Assembly (NCBI GenBank): GCA_951406725.2 | Contig: OX597840.1 | Coordinates: forward strand, 23,746,001 to 23,810,000 | DNA: 64,000 bases | Origin: Octopus vulgaris | Lineage: Eukaryota | Direction: 5' to 3' | Notes under the pieces: generated by a model | What the model was told of the DNA's origin: nothing | Seen by the model: only the letters and a program-made list of their open reading frames with translations | Databases searched by the model: none | In this document: piece by piece, positions 1 through 15,380 of the stretch | Layout: each line of letters starts with the position of its first letter | How positions within the stretch are numbered: position 1 is the stretch's first letter | Made by a program: the position numbers and the translations under genes

Positions 1-2259
1 CCACCTGTATATTGTGTCCAACTCCTGTTGCAGATGCGCAATATTTTCAGGGTTTTGTATTGCGTGGGAGACTTTTGTGTCATCTGCATAGCTAGCAAGG
101 GTGGTCATCGTAGCAACTGAAGCCATGTCTTAAAGGGCCACTATGAACATCAGTGGCCCCAAGACAGTGCCCTGTGTGACACCGCTTGCTATTTGTGTTT
201 CCTTGGAGGTGGCTCCATTGCTCACAACTGCCTGTTTTCTGTCTTTTAGGAAGTTGTGCAGCCACTCTCCAAGTTTTCCGCCTATGCCAAGACCACGCAA
301 TTTGTGACAGATCATACCATGGTCGACCTTATCAAAGGCTTTTGCAAAGTTGAGATATATTACATCCACATTTGAGCCATTTAGTAGCTGTTTCAACACC
401 CAGTCATAGTGTTGCAGGAGCTGTGTTAGGCAGCTTCTACCTGGTCGAAATCCATGCTGGGTGTCAGACAGCAAGTCATTTTCTTCAAGGAACATGATTA
501 GTTTCTTACGGACTATTCATTCCATGACTTTGCTGATGTGTGAGGTCAGAGAGATAGGCCTATAATTTTTAGCATCTGCTCTGCTACCTCCCTTATGGAT
601 AGGGCATATTACCCTCTCTTTCAATTTCACTGGGAGCTTACCACTTGCAAGAAACCTCTGAAAAAGAAGCTGTAGTGGTTTTGCAAGGGCTCGTTTGCAC
701 AATGTGAGAAGGATTGCTGGGAATCCATCGGGTCCAGCAGCTGAGTTTGTGTCAATCTCATCTATGGCTAGTGTGATATCATCATCTTCGATGTTGATGT
801 ACTCAATTTTTGCCTCTTTGGCCGCAGGTAAAGTGGCAAAGAATTCTTCTGGGTTGTTTACTTGCCTGTGTCCTAGAGGTGTAGTGAACACACTTTGGAA
901 CTGTTCGTTCAGTATTTCACTTATCCTCGTGGGATTTCCTGTGAGAGAGCCATCTTTTTGGAAGAGAGGTCCTATTCTCTGGTGCACTATGGCTGTCTCT
1001 TTGGCAAACTTAAAGAAAGCTTTAGGGTTTGATTTTATATTTTCTATTACCCAAGCTTCTTTATCTGCTCTCTCCTTTTCATGGGACTGATGCAGACTTT
1101 TCTCAATTTCCATTAGCATTCTCTCGAGCTGAGACTTCTCACCACTTTTAGTGTACTTGCTCAGGCGGTTCGCAATCCTTGTCCGGCATCTCATAAGAAT
1201 CTTCCTTTCTCTAGGGATCCTGTTTTTGTTTTTGTGTGTGCTGGCCCTGCACACTGGAACATATTTGTCCCATATGGCTTGTATTATGGACATGAAGTGT
1301 TTGTGTTTTATGTTAATGTCCGGTGTGGAGAGACATTTAGGCCAATCCTGTTTGAGGATCTCTTTCTCAATCAACTTCCAGTTTGCTTTATGAAAGTTTA
1401 AGTTGGAGAGATGGTGGATGCTTCGTATAGGCTGTGTGTCTACGGGGGCTTTTGTTCCATACATAGACAGCTCTATTATGTTGTGATCCGAGATCATTGT
1501 CAGCATCACATTAACATTATGGATAATATCCATATTGTTTGTGAAGCAGAGATCCAGTATATTATCTGCCCTTGTTGGTTGCAGAACTATTTGCTCCATG
1601 GAAGAAGCATTTGTGAGATGGAGCCTGTGCCTGCTGATAGTGTGTCATCCCTGAGAGCATCTGCCCCCAGGCCATTCCACATTGGGGAAGTTAAAGTCAC
1701 CCATGAAGAATACACTGTTGTGTTGTTCAAGGTTGGTGAGGACTTCTTCTATTTTTGTTAGGCAGTCTTCAAACATGCCTGAGTGTTTTGGGGCATCTGG
1801 TGGGTGATATGTAGTGCATATGACGATATTCAGTTGTCTTATGTGTACAATTTGAGTTTCACACGCTGAGTTTGAATATGACAACAGGAACTGGGGTGTG
1901 AAGTCATCTCGGATGTACATTGCAACTCCACCATGGCTCCTCCCTTTTCTATCTGTGCGTATGACTGCATATTGTGGCATGTGTATTTCTGCATCACCTA
2001 TATCGGATTCAAGATGCGTTTCTGTGAGTGCCATGCATATAGCTTGATTGCATGTCACAAGGTCTCTCAGGAATGAAATTTTCTTTTTACAGTTTCCGCG
2101 CAGCAGCCCTCCTACATTCAGTAGAAATATTTTTGTGGTGTGTGTGTTGGTGTCTGTGGTTGCCATCCTGCATCTGTTGGAGGTGGCCTTATGTGGTGGT
2201 AGTTCCAGCTTTGTGCTTGTAGCCAGGTCAGCTGCTGAACAATATTTTGTGCCATGCAC
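1..2259 (-). mobile_element. CR1/L2-group LINE ORF2 (APE endonuclease + RT), disrupted, runs off the window start
   Basis: APE motifs (LLNVGGL, ALTETHL, GGVAMYI, MGDFNFP, LDLCFTN, SDH) in ORFs 1645-2259 and 517-1599; RT motifs (GPDG, NYRPISLTS, QHGF, FAKAFDKVDH, SGVTQGTVLGP) in 517-1599 and 130-495; YADD at 79-90 after an in-frame stop at 130-132. Confidence 0.93.
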
Positions 2260-3025
2260 AAAAAGATTGCTGTTCAGCTGCTGCCCTTCTCACATCTGGG
2301 TGAAGCTGGCCATTTGTTGGGTTACTGTGCACCACATCCGCATATCGTCTTTCAGGAGTGGTCAGTGCGCTTTTTTTCCTTCTTTTATATTTTTCTTTTT
2401 CTTTTTGTTCTACCCAAGGGAGGGACCCCTGTCTCGCGTCCGTGCAGTTTTGGTAGGGCCTCTGATGTGCAAAGCGACAGTTAGCACCTTCGACGCCATA
2501 CCAGCAGTCCCCCTTCGGGTAGAATTTGCAGATGTTTCTTTCTTTGCCCTTATAGTTCTTGCTGGGATCCTTTTGTTTTCTCTGGACAGGGTTTGTTTTA
2601 GCTTTGATTTTCTTGCCTTTTACCTCCTGTTTCCCATCAATTTTAGGGTGCTTTTCTTTTCTTGCGGCCATCGCACCTCTTTGGTCTTCAGTTGTGGTGT
2701 TGGGAGCTGGACATGTGTCATTGTTTCCCTGTGTTCTAGGTTTCTCGGTTTTGTCTTTTGTTGGGTCCTGGATGTTTTCTTCATCCTTTTGGCCTTCCCT
2801 GGTGCCGTCACTTCCTAGGATGATGTCCAGAGTGTCTACATGTTGCCTGATTAGAGCGTATGAACGGATAAATTCTCGTTTCTTTCGCTCTATCTGGGCG
2901 GTGGTTCTTGAAAAATCATTGCTCTTCAGCGCCGCTGCAATGATATTGTTCGGCGAGTCGTCCTCGGCAATCTTCCAAGCGCGGACGAACAATTGCAACT
3001 TCCTCGCAGACCAGTTTCTTGACAT
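2228..3025 (-). mobile_element. LINE ORF1, basic, with CCCH zinc finger
   Basis: 265-aa ORF directly upstream of ORF2; CKFYPKGDCWYGVEGANCRFAH = C-x7-C-x8-C-x3-H. Confidence 0.7.
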
Positions 3026-3039
3026 TTTCGCCCGAGATA

Positions 3040-3960
3040 CAGTGAGAGTGAAATATAGGAACAGAGAGAGAAGGAAAGATAAGACGGTTGACCGGAGAGG
3101 GAGAGGAGAAAGGAGAAAAGCCAGGGGGGATAAAGAGAGAGATGAGGGGATTGTCCTGAGAGAAGAGAGAAAAAAGAGAAAAAGAGGAAAAAAAGAGAAA
3201 GAATGGCAGGTCAGCAGGGGAGAGTGAGCAGGATAGAGGTGTAGTAGAAAGAAAGTAAAGGGACCGGGAGGAAAAGAGAGACAAGAGGATGGACCCTAGG
3301 GGGAGCAGGGAGAAGAAAGGCGGAGAGATAAAATGGAGAGGGAGAGAGAGAGAGAGAGAGGGCGGAATAGAGGTACCAGAGAGTGAAGTAAAGGGACAGA
3401 GAGGGTGGTGTGGAGGAAGGAGACAGAGAGAGGAAAAAAGACAAGGGGGTGAACCTTAGAGGGAGCAGGGAGAGGAAAGGTAGGGAGAAAATTGAGAGGG
3501 AGAGAGAGGGCGGGATAGAGGTACCCGAGAGTGAAGTAAAGGGACAGAGAGGGTAGTGTGGAGGAAGGAGACAGAAAGAGGAAAAAAGAGACAAGGGGGT
3601 GAGCCTTAGAGGGAGCAGGGAGAGGAAAGGTAGGAAGAAAAAGGGGGGAGAGGGACAACGGGGGCGCAACAGAGGTGCAAGAGATTGTAGTAAAGGGACA
3701 GGGAGGGTGGTGTAGAGAAACAAATAAGGGGACAGAAGGAGAAGAGGAAAAGGGGTCTGACCTGTGAAGGAGCGGAGAGAAAAGAGTCAGAGGGAGGGAG
3801 GGGAGTAACAGAGAGAGAGGGCGGTATATAGATACAAGAGAGAATGAGTGAAGTAGAGGAACTGAGAGGGGGTGAGATGTGAGAAAATTGATCTGAGTGA
3901 GAGATGCAGAAAGAGAAACGATGGCAGAGAGAGAGAGAGAGGAGGGGAGAGAGAGAGCGG
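3040..3960. repeat. GA-rich low-complexity tract with ~3 imperfect ~150-bp units, probably LINE 5' UTR
   Basis: gaggaaaa..gacaag..ccttagagggagcagggagaggaaagg recurs at ~3268, ~3430, ~3578. Confidence 0.7.
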
Positions 3961-5029
3961 GTCTGGTGGATGGAGAGACATATATGTATAAAGTCTATTA
4001 TGCATAGACTTTATGGTAGGTTGTATGCCGATGTAGTTATGTGTGAGTGACAAAAGGCCATAACAAAATAAGAGAATCAAAATAATATAACTATAATTAG
4101 GAAAACATGTGTGTAAGTTTTAAAGTTTAACCCGTTAATAATTGTGTCCATAATCCTTCATGTGAGTAGATGATTTATGTATCTTGTCAATAAACTGGAT
4201 AAATTAGATGGAATAGGTAAGTTCTGATTGATGGAAACTTTTAAATATCATCGGAAATAAAAATATAAAAACCACAGTGGATAATCTAAAGATAGGATAG
4301 ACCAAGAAAATTTAGACCTGGAATATCCTTGGTACTATGTCTTCCCGATCAGGACTGACCAATATGGTAACAGCAACAACAACAACATCAACAACGAACA
4401 TCATTGACGAACCAAAACGGTTGAGTCTATGTGATGTTCATGGCTCTATATAGCAGCCAAATTTATTTGAAACCATATCCTGTTGTCATAAGAAATTAAT
4501 ACATCTGGTGTTCTGAACATCTGGTCCGCGCATGGCTCTATCGGAATCAAATTTCTTGCAAGTTCTTGCGTCAGTTTCTGCTTGGAAAACATTTTATTCT
4601 TCTTCCTACTTGTTGAGAGCGTGGAAAAGGCTATAAGAAAGGTTATAGAAGAATTATTAGATATTTGACAACTTGGACAATTGTTATCTGTTATATTTAG
4701 TACTTATGAACACACCAAACTCTGAAGTAGTTATATATTTTAGAGGAAGGTATCATTATATATGAAATAAAAAAATTGTATTTAATGATAATTATGATGA
4801 AAATAATGGGAGAATATTAATTATATTATATAAAGTGGTTGTCACGCATGTACTTAGTGATTTACAAAAGATTGGCTTGTTTGGGGAAATCGATATGGCG
4901 CTTGAGTAATACTGACAACAGTTCGCTTCTGCACATTTGTAGGAGAAACCAAATTGTTTCAATTGTTTTGCATAGATATAGAGGCATATTTGATCGTCAT
5001 CCTCGGCATCAACTCGTAATCGAGTAGTT

Positions 5030-5300
5030 AATCTGTAGCGAGTGAATGGCCCTTTTCATGTTGGTGAGTGAGTAGGGTACCGCTGCCTGGGGTGACTGTT
5101 CAGGCCAGGGATGGTGGAGTGTTTATTGCAGGGGAAGGTTGGCGGGGAGCAGGAAATACCAGTCGCTCTTTGCGTCTTCAAAGTCTGATCTCTGCTTTTT
5201 GACGTCTATTATTTTCATCTGGACCATTCCCTTGACGATGGCTTGCTGCCATTTTGGCTGGTCCATGGCGCTATTCTCCCAGTAATTTGGATCAAAGGTG
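5030..5300 (-). mobile_element. Old RTE/BovB-like LINE 3' fragment
   Basis: Minus strand reads FDPNYWENSAMDQPKWQQAIVKG ... GLNSHPR, resembling the RTE ORF2 C-terminus. Confidence 0.45.
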
Positions 5301-6896
5301 GAGGGTGGCCTCCAAATCGTTTCAATTATTTTGTTTAGGCATACAGGTATATTTGATATGTTCGTATTTTAAGCATATTTGTATAATTAGAAGTAATCTC
5401 TTTTAATTAGATTTACAACTGGAATATTTACTAATTATATACAAATTCATGATTTCTAACTAGCAAACAGCACTCTTTCTACCTAAATTCACCTGTTTCA
5501 AGTAGAGAAATTATTCATATAATATATTTCCTTTCTCAACAAAGCAACACTATTTTATCATTGAATTTCTAGAGATCTGCGTTGCGCATAATTACATTTA
5601 AAAAGTATCGTTTTATGCATGAAATAACTCTACATACAAATATTTTGTGAAAAATTTCACCCTGTTTCTGTCTTTATATTTACCATTTTGAGCATAAACC
5701 CAATATTCATTAACAACGAGGCTAATTATGTTTCAATATATTGTAAAATATATGATATCCGATATTATAAATTCCATTGATAATCTAATAAAATTTTGCC
5801 ATAAATATTTTCAATATATATTCTCAAAACGTATCAGGGCAATTATTTAATTAAATATATGCGTTGAGAGTTAAGGGGGGGAGAGGAGGGCTTTAGCAGT
5901 TTGAAAGAATATTAGTAATACATTATAACATTACTATTATACGAAACAATATGTATGTACGTGAGTATGGTTTGTGTTCATATATATTTACCAAGCACTT
6001 TACAATTGGCCCTGATAATATCCACCTAGCCCCCCCCTCTCTCTGCCTCTGCCTCTTTCTCCTTCTTACTCACTCTCTTTCCTAGCACAAAGACCACTAT
6101 CTCACATTTCAACTGGATACTCCCCCATCTGCTGTTGCAAGCGATAAACCTGTTTATACGAACCTGAGTGGTGCGCCCAAAGTTTCCATTGTGTTGCGTA
6201 ATAATGGTAGAACACCAGCATTTAGTAGTTTTTCAATCACCTTCTTCTACACTTGCTTACACTATATAAAGACGTCTACGTCGAAACATAAATCTGCATC
6301 AAAATTTAAAAGGCTACTTTTAACACACAAGCAGAGCTTCATAACTAAACTACTAAGACCTTAGATTTTTCTCATGACAAATCTGTGCAGAGGGCCTGTT
6401 TACCTTCTTTCAGTTAAACATGTAATATTCTCCACTTTCTCAGAAACTATCAAATTAAAGAAGTGCTCGCTAACTAATTCATATGTTGCTACTAATGACA
6501 GACGCTGAAAGACATAATTTCAAATGGATTAAACGCTGATTCCTCACAAATAGCTTTTCCCACAGAAGAAATTGTAAGCAGTTTTCTAACATGTCGGATT
6601 TTGATTAATTGGATCCTTTGATGATAGAGACTCTAGGTTTCTTTGACTGTATACAAACCATAGAATCCGAAAAGGACTGTGTAGCACATGAACAAATCTA
6701 TCGCTACACAAGATTAAATAATTAGAATACATTTAAATTGAATTTTTAAAAGGGCAAGAGCTTATCCAGGAATGTCGTATTACCGTGTTATAGTTGACGC
6801 CTTTAATAAGCCTTCCTTCTGTACTCTTACTAATTCTCTACAGAATAAGTGGATTGTAATCCTGCTGAGTATTCTGTCTTTCTTATCTTTCTATGC

Positions 6897-9800
6897 AGTA
6901 TACTTTTATACCAGATTGTAGATGAGTATACTTGGTATCAGATTGTAGATGAATATACTTGGTATCAAATTGTAGATGAATATACTTGGTATCAAATTGT
7001 AGATGAGTATACTTGGTATCAAATTGTAGATGAGTATACATGGTATCAAATTGTAGATGAGTATACTTGGTATCAAATTGTAGATGAGTATAGTTGGTAT
7101 CAAATTGTAGATGAGTATAGTTGGTATCAAATTGTAGATGAGTATACTTGGTATCAAATTGTAGATGAGTATACTTGGTATCAAATTGTAGATGAGTATA
7201 CTTGGTATCAAATTGTAGATGAGTATAGTTGGTATCAAATTGTAGATGAGTATACTTGGTATAAGATTGTAGATGAGTATACTTGGTATCAAATTGTAGA
7301 TGAGTATACTTGGTATCAAATTGTAGATGAGTATAGTTGGTATCAAATTGTAGATGAGTATAGTTGGTATCAAATTGTAGATGAGTATACTTGGTATCAA
7401 ATTGTAGATGAGTATAGTTGGTATCAAATTGTAGATGAGTATACTTGGTATCAAATTGTAGATGAGTATAGTTGGTATCAAATTGTAGATGAGTATAGTT
7501 GGTATCAAATTGTAGATGAGTATACTTGGTATCAAATTGTAGATGAGTATAGTTGGTATCAAATTGTAGATGAGTATACTTGGTATCAAATTGTAGATGA
7601 GTATAGTTGGTATCAAATTGTAGATGAGTATACTTGGTATCAAATTGTAGATGAGTATACTTGGTATCAAATTGTAGATGAGTATAGTTGGTATCAAATT
7701 GTAGATGAGTATACTTGGTATCAAATTGTAGATGAGTATACTTGGTATCAAATTGTAGATGAGTATACTTGGTATCAAATTGTAGATGAGTATACTTGGT
7801 ATCAAATTGTAGATGAGTATACTTGGTATAAGATTGTAGATGAGTATACTTGGTATCAAATTGTAGATGAGTATACTTGGTATCAAATTGTAGATGAGTA
7901 TAGTTGGTATCAAATTGTAGATGAGTATAGTTGGTATCAAATTGTAGATGAGTATAGTTGGTATCAAATTGTAGATGAGTATAGTTGGTATCAAATTGTA
8001 GATGAGTATAGTTGGTATCAAATTGTAGATGAGTATACTTGGTATCAAATTGTAGATGAGTATAGTTGGTATCAAATTGTAGATGAGTATAGTTGGTATC
8101 AAATTGTAGATGAGTATACTTGGTATCAAATTGTAGATGAGTATACTTGGTATCAAATTGTAGATGAGTATACTGGGGATCAAATTGTAGATGAGTATAC
8201 TTGGTATCAAATTGTAGATGAGTATACTTGGTATCAAATTGTAGATGAGTATAGTTGGTATCAAATTGTAGATGAGTATAGTTGGTATCAAATTGTAGAT
8301 GAGTATACTTGGTATCAAATTGTAGATGAGTATACTTGGTATCAAATTGTAGATGAGTATAGTTGGTATCAAATTGTAGATGAGTATACTTGGTATCAAA
8401 TTGTAGATGAGTATACTTGGTATCAAATTGTAGATGAGTATACTTGATATCAAATTGTAGATGAGTATACTTGGTATCAAATTGTAGATGAGTATACTTG
8501 GTATCATATTGTAGATGAGTATACTTGGTATAAGATTGTAGATGAGTATAGTTGGTATCAAATTCTAGATGAGTATAGTTGGTATCATATTGTAGATGAG
8601 TATACTTGGTATCAGATTGTAGATGAGTATACTTGGTATCATATTGTAGATGAGTATACTTGGTATCAGATTATAGATGAGTATACTTGGTATCAGATTG
8701 TAGATGAGTATACTTGGTATCATATTGTAGATGAGTATACTTGGTATCAGATTATAGATGAGTATACTTGGTATCAGATTGTAGATGAGTATACTTGGTA
8801 TCAGATTGTATATGAGTATACTTGGTATAAGATTGTAGATGAGTATAGTTGGTATCAGATTGTAGATGAGTATACTTGGTATAAGATTGTAGATGAGTAT
8901 ACTTGGTATCAGATTGTAGATGAGTATACTTGGTATCATATTGTAGATGAATATACTTGGTATCAGATTGTAGATGAGTATACTTGGTATAAGATTGTAG
9001 ATGAGTATAGTTGGTATCAGATTGTAGATGAGTATACTTGGTATAAGATTGTAGATGAGTATAGTTAGTATCAGATTGTAGATGAGTATACTTGGTATAA
9101 GATTGTAGATGAGTATAGTTGGTATCAGATTGTAGATGAGGATACTTGGTATCAAATTGTAGATGAGTATACTTGGTATCAGATTGTAGATGAGTATACA
9201 TGGTATCAGATTGTAGATGAGTATACTTGGTATCAGATTGTAGATGAGTATACTTGGTATCAGATTGTAGATGAGTATACTTGGTATCAGATTGTAGATG
9301 AGTATACTTGGTATCAGATTGTAGATGAGTATACTTGGTATCAGATTATAGATGAGTATACGTGGTATCATGTTGTAGATGAGTATACTTGGTATCATAT
9401 TGTAGATGAGTATACTTGGTATCAGATTGTAGATGAGTATACTTGGTATCAGATTGTAGATGAGTATACTTGGTATCAAATTGTAGATGAGTATAGTTGG
9501 TATCAGAATGTAGATGAATATACTTGGTATCAGAATGTAGATGAGTATACTTGGTATCAGATTGTAGATGAGTATAGTTGGTATCAGATTGTAGATGAGT
9601 ATACTTGGTATCAAATTGTAGATGAGTATACTTGGTATCAAATTGTAGATGAGTATAGTTGGTATCAGATTGTAGATGAGTATACTTGGTATCAGATTGT
9701 AGATGAGTATACTTGGTATCAAATTGTAGATGAGTATAGTTGGTATCAGATTGTAGATGAGTATACTTGGTATCAGATTGTAGATGAGTATACTTGGTAT

Positions 9801-12800
9801 AAGATTGTAGATGAGTATAGTTGGTATCAGATTGTAGATGAGTATACTTGGTATAAGATTGTAGATGAGTATACTTGGTATCAAATTGTAGATGAGTATA
9901 CTGGGTATCAGATTGTAGATGAGTATACTTGGTATCAAATTGTAGATGAGTATAGTTGGTATCAGATTGTAGATGAGTATACTTGGTATCAGATTGTAGA
10001 TGAGTATAGTTGGTATCAGATTGTAGATGAGTATACTTGGTATCAGATTGTAGATGAGTATACTTGGTATCAAATTGTAGATGAGTATAGTTGGTATCAG
10101 ATTGTAGATGAGTATACTTGGTATCAGATTGTAGATGAGTATACTTGGTATCAGATTGTAGATGAGTATAGTTGGTATCAAATTGTAGATGAGTATAGTT
10201 GGTATCAAATTGTAGATGAGTATAGTTGGTATCAGATTGTAGATGAGTATACTTGGTATCATATTGTAGATGAGTATACTTGGTATCAGATTGTAGATGA
10301 GTATACTTGGTATCAAATTGTAGATGAGTATAGTTGGTATCAGATTGTAGATGAGTATACTTGGTATCAGATTGTAGATGAGTATAGTTGGTATCAGATT
10401 GTAGATGAGTATAGTTGGTATCAGATTGTAGATGAGTATACTTGGTATCAGATTGTAGATGAGTATACTTGGTATCAAATTGTAGTTGAGTATAGTTGGT
10501 ATCAGATTGTAGATGAGTATACTTGGTATCAAATTGTAGATGAGTATACTTGGTATAAGATTGTAGATGAGTATAGTTGGTATCAGATTGTAGATGAGTA
10601 TACTTGATATAAGATTGTAGATGAGTATAGTTGGTATCAGATTGTACATGAGTATACTTGGTATAAGATTGTAGATGAGTATAGTTAGTATCAGATTGTA
10701 GATGAGTATACTTGGTATAAGATTGTAGATGAGTATAGTTGGTATCAGATTGTAGATGAGTATACTTGGTATCAGATTGTAGATGAGTATACGTGGTATC
10801 AGATTGTAGATGAGTATACTTGGTATCAAATTGTAGATGAGTATACGTGGTATCAGATTGTAGATGAGTATAGTTGGTATCAGATTGTAGATGAGTATAC
10901 GTGGTATCAGATTGTAGATGAGTATACTTGGTATAAGATTGTAGATGAGTATAGTTGGTATCAGATTGTAGATGAGTATACTTGGTATCAGATTGTAGAT
11001 GAGTATACGTGGTATCAGATTGTAGATGAGTATACTTGGTATCAAATTGTAGATGAGTATATGTGGTATCAGATTGTAGATGAGTATAGTTGGTATCAGA
11101 TTGTAGATGAGTATACGTGGTATCAGATTGTAGATGAGTATACTTGGTATCAGATTGTAGATGAGTATAGTTGGTATCAAATTGTAGATGAGTATAGTTG
11201 GTATCAGATTGTAGATGAGTATACGTGGTATCAGATTGTAGATGAGTATACTTGGTATCAGATTGTAGATGAGTATACTTGGTATCAGATTATAGATGAG
11301 TATACTTGGTATTAGATTTTAGATGAGTATACTTGGTATCAAATTCTAGATGAGTATAGTTGGTATCAAATTGTAGATGAGTATACTTGGTATCAGATTG
11401 TAGATGAGTATACTTGGTATCAGATTATAGATGAGTATACTTGGTATCAGATTGTAGATGAGTATACGTGGTATAAGATTGTAGATGAGTATACTTGGTA
11501 TCAGATTGTAGATGAGTATACTTGGTATCAGATTATAGATGAGTATACTTGGTATCAGATTTTAGATGAGTATACTTTATATCAGATTGTAGATGAGTAT
11601 ACTTGGTATCAAATTCTAGATGAGTATAGTTGGTATCAAATTGTAGATGAGTATACTTGGTATCAAATTGTAGATGAGTATACTTGGTATCATATTGTAG
11701 ATGAGTATACTTGGTATCAAATTGTAGATGAGTATACTTGGTATAAGATTGTAGATGAATATACTTGGTATCAGAATGTAGATGCGTATACATGGTATCA
11801 AATTATTGATGAGTATAGTTGGTATCAGAATGTAGATGAGTATACTTGGTATCAAATTCTAGATGAGTATATTTGGTATCAAATTCTAGATGAGTATACT
11901 TGGTATCAAATTGTAGATGAGTATACTTGGTATCAGATTGTAGATGAGTATAGTTGGTATCAAATTGTAGATGAGTATACTTGGTATCAAATTGTAGATG
12001 AGTATACTTGGTATCAAATTGTAGATGAGTATACTTGGTATCAAATTGTAGATGAGTATATTTGGTATCAGATTGTAGATGATTATACTTGGTATCAGAT
12101 TGTAGATGAGTATTCTTGAGTATAGTTGGTATCAGAATGTAGATGAGTATGCTTGGTATCAGATTATAGAGGAGTATAGTTGGTATGAGATCGCAGATGA
12201 GTATACATGGTATCAAATTATTGATGAGTATACTTGGTATCTAATTCTAGATGAGTATACTTGGTATCAAATTGTAGATGAGTATACTTGGTATCAAATT
12301 GTAGATGAGTATATTTGGTATCAGATTGTAGATGATTATACTTGGTATCAAATTGTAGATGAGTATACTTGGTATCAAATTGTAGATGATTATACTTGGT
12401 ATCAAATTGTAGATGAGTATACTTGGTATCAAATTGTAGATGAGTATACTTGGTATCAAATTGTAGATGAGTATACTTGGTATCAAATTGTAGATGAGTA
12501 TACTTGGTATCAAATTGTAGATGAGTATATTTGGTATCAGATTGTAGATGAGGATACTTGGTATCAAATTGTAGATGAGTATATTTGGTATCAAATTGTA
12601 GATGATTATACTTGGTATCAAATTGTAGATGAGTATACTTGGTATCAAATTGTAGATGAGTATACTTGGTATCAAATTGTAGATGATTATACTTGGTATC
12701 AAATTGTAGATGAGTATACTTGGTATCAGATTGTAGATGAGTATACTTGGTATAAGATTGTAGATGAGTATAGTTAGTATCAAATTGTAGATGAGTATAC

Positions 12801-13465
12801 TTGGTATCAAATTGTAGATGAGTATACTTGGTATCAAATTGTAGATGAGTATATTTGGTATCAGATTGTAGATGATTATACTTGGTATCAAATTGTAGAT
12901 GAGTATATTTGGTATCAGATTGTAGATGATTATACTTGGTATCAAATTGTAGATGAGTATACTTGGTATCAAATTGTAGATGAGTATACTTGGTATCAAA
13001 TTGTAGATGAGTATACTTGGTATCAAATTGTAGATGAGTATACTTGGTATCAGATTGTAGATGAGTATATTTGGTATCAGATTGTAGATGATTATACTTG
13101 GTATCAAATTGTAGATGAGTATACTTGGTATCAAATTGTAGATGAGTATACTTGGTATCAAATTGTAGATGATTATACTTGGTATCAAATTGTAGATGAG
13201 TATATTTGGTATCAGATTGTAGATGATTATACTTGGTATCAAATTGTAGATGAGTATACTTGGTATCAAATTGTAGATGAGTATACTTGGTATCAAATTG
13301 TAGATGAGTATATTTGGTATCAGATTGTAGATGATTATACTTGGTATCAAATTGTAGATGAGTATATTTGGTATCAAATTGTAGATGATTATACTTGGTA
13401 TCAAATTGTAGATGAGTATATTTGGTATCAGATTGTAGATGATTATACTTGGTATCAAATTGTAG
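6897..13465. repeat. 27-bp tandem satellite, ~243 visible copies, consensus GAGTATACTTGGTATCA(A/G)ATTGTAGAT
   Basis: Directly visible; translates as 9-aa repeats (WYQIVDEYT; IPSILIYNL; DTKYTHLQF); ends at an assembly gap. Confidence 0.99.
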
Positions 13466-13565
13466 NNNNNNNNNNNNNNNNNNNNNNNNNNNNNNNNNNN
13501 NNNNNNNNNNNNNNNNNNNNNNNNNNNNNNNNNNNNNNNNNNNNNNNNNNNNNNNNNNNNNNNNN
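13466..13565. other. Assembly gap (100 N)
   Basis: Run of n. Confidence 1.
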
Positions 13566-15096
<1,531 letters not shown>

Positions 15097-15185
15097 TATT
15101 TTTCTCCTCTCACCACAAAGTCCAAATGTTTTTCTTTTTTTTTCTTTTTTTTTTATATTCTATTCCCCAGTTATTTCTGTTGCTT

Positions 15186-15380
15186 GAAATGCTTAGCGGT
15201 ATTTCGTCTGTCTTTTTGTTCTGAGTTCAAATTCCACGGAGGTCAACTTTGCCTTTCATCCTCTCGGGGTCAATAAATAAAGTACCAGTTTCATACTGGG
15301 GTTGATATAATCAACTTAATCCCTTTGTCATTCCTTATTTGTCCCCTCTATGTTTAGCCCCCTAGTGGGCAATAAAGAAA
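15186..15380 (+). mobile_element. SINE family 1, 5'-truncated, within inferred ZNF 5' UTR (paralogs ~26788-26982, ~40776-40970, ~52240-52434)
   Basis: B-box-like gagttcaaattcc, core ggtcgactttgcctttcatcc...aagtacc; same family as 16528-16738 and 61040-61978. Confidence 0.8.

Noticed and set aside
2916-4080. Leu/Ser/Pro-rich ORFs
   Set aside because: Translation of CT-rich low-complexity sequence
6849-11180. Long repeat ORFs as genes (including a reflectin-like W/Y-rich protein)
   Set aside because: A 27-bp unit keeps any stop-free frame open; starts are mostly non-ATG; no Met-Asp reflectin motif
6897-13465. CRISPR array
   Set aside because: Repeats are contiguous with no unique spacers, no cas genes, eukaryotic context
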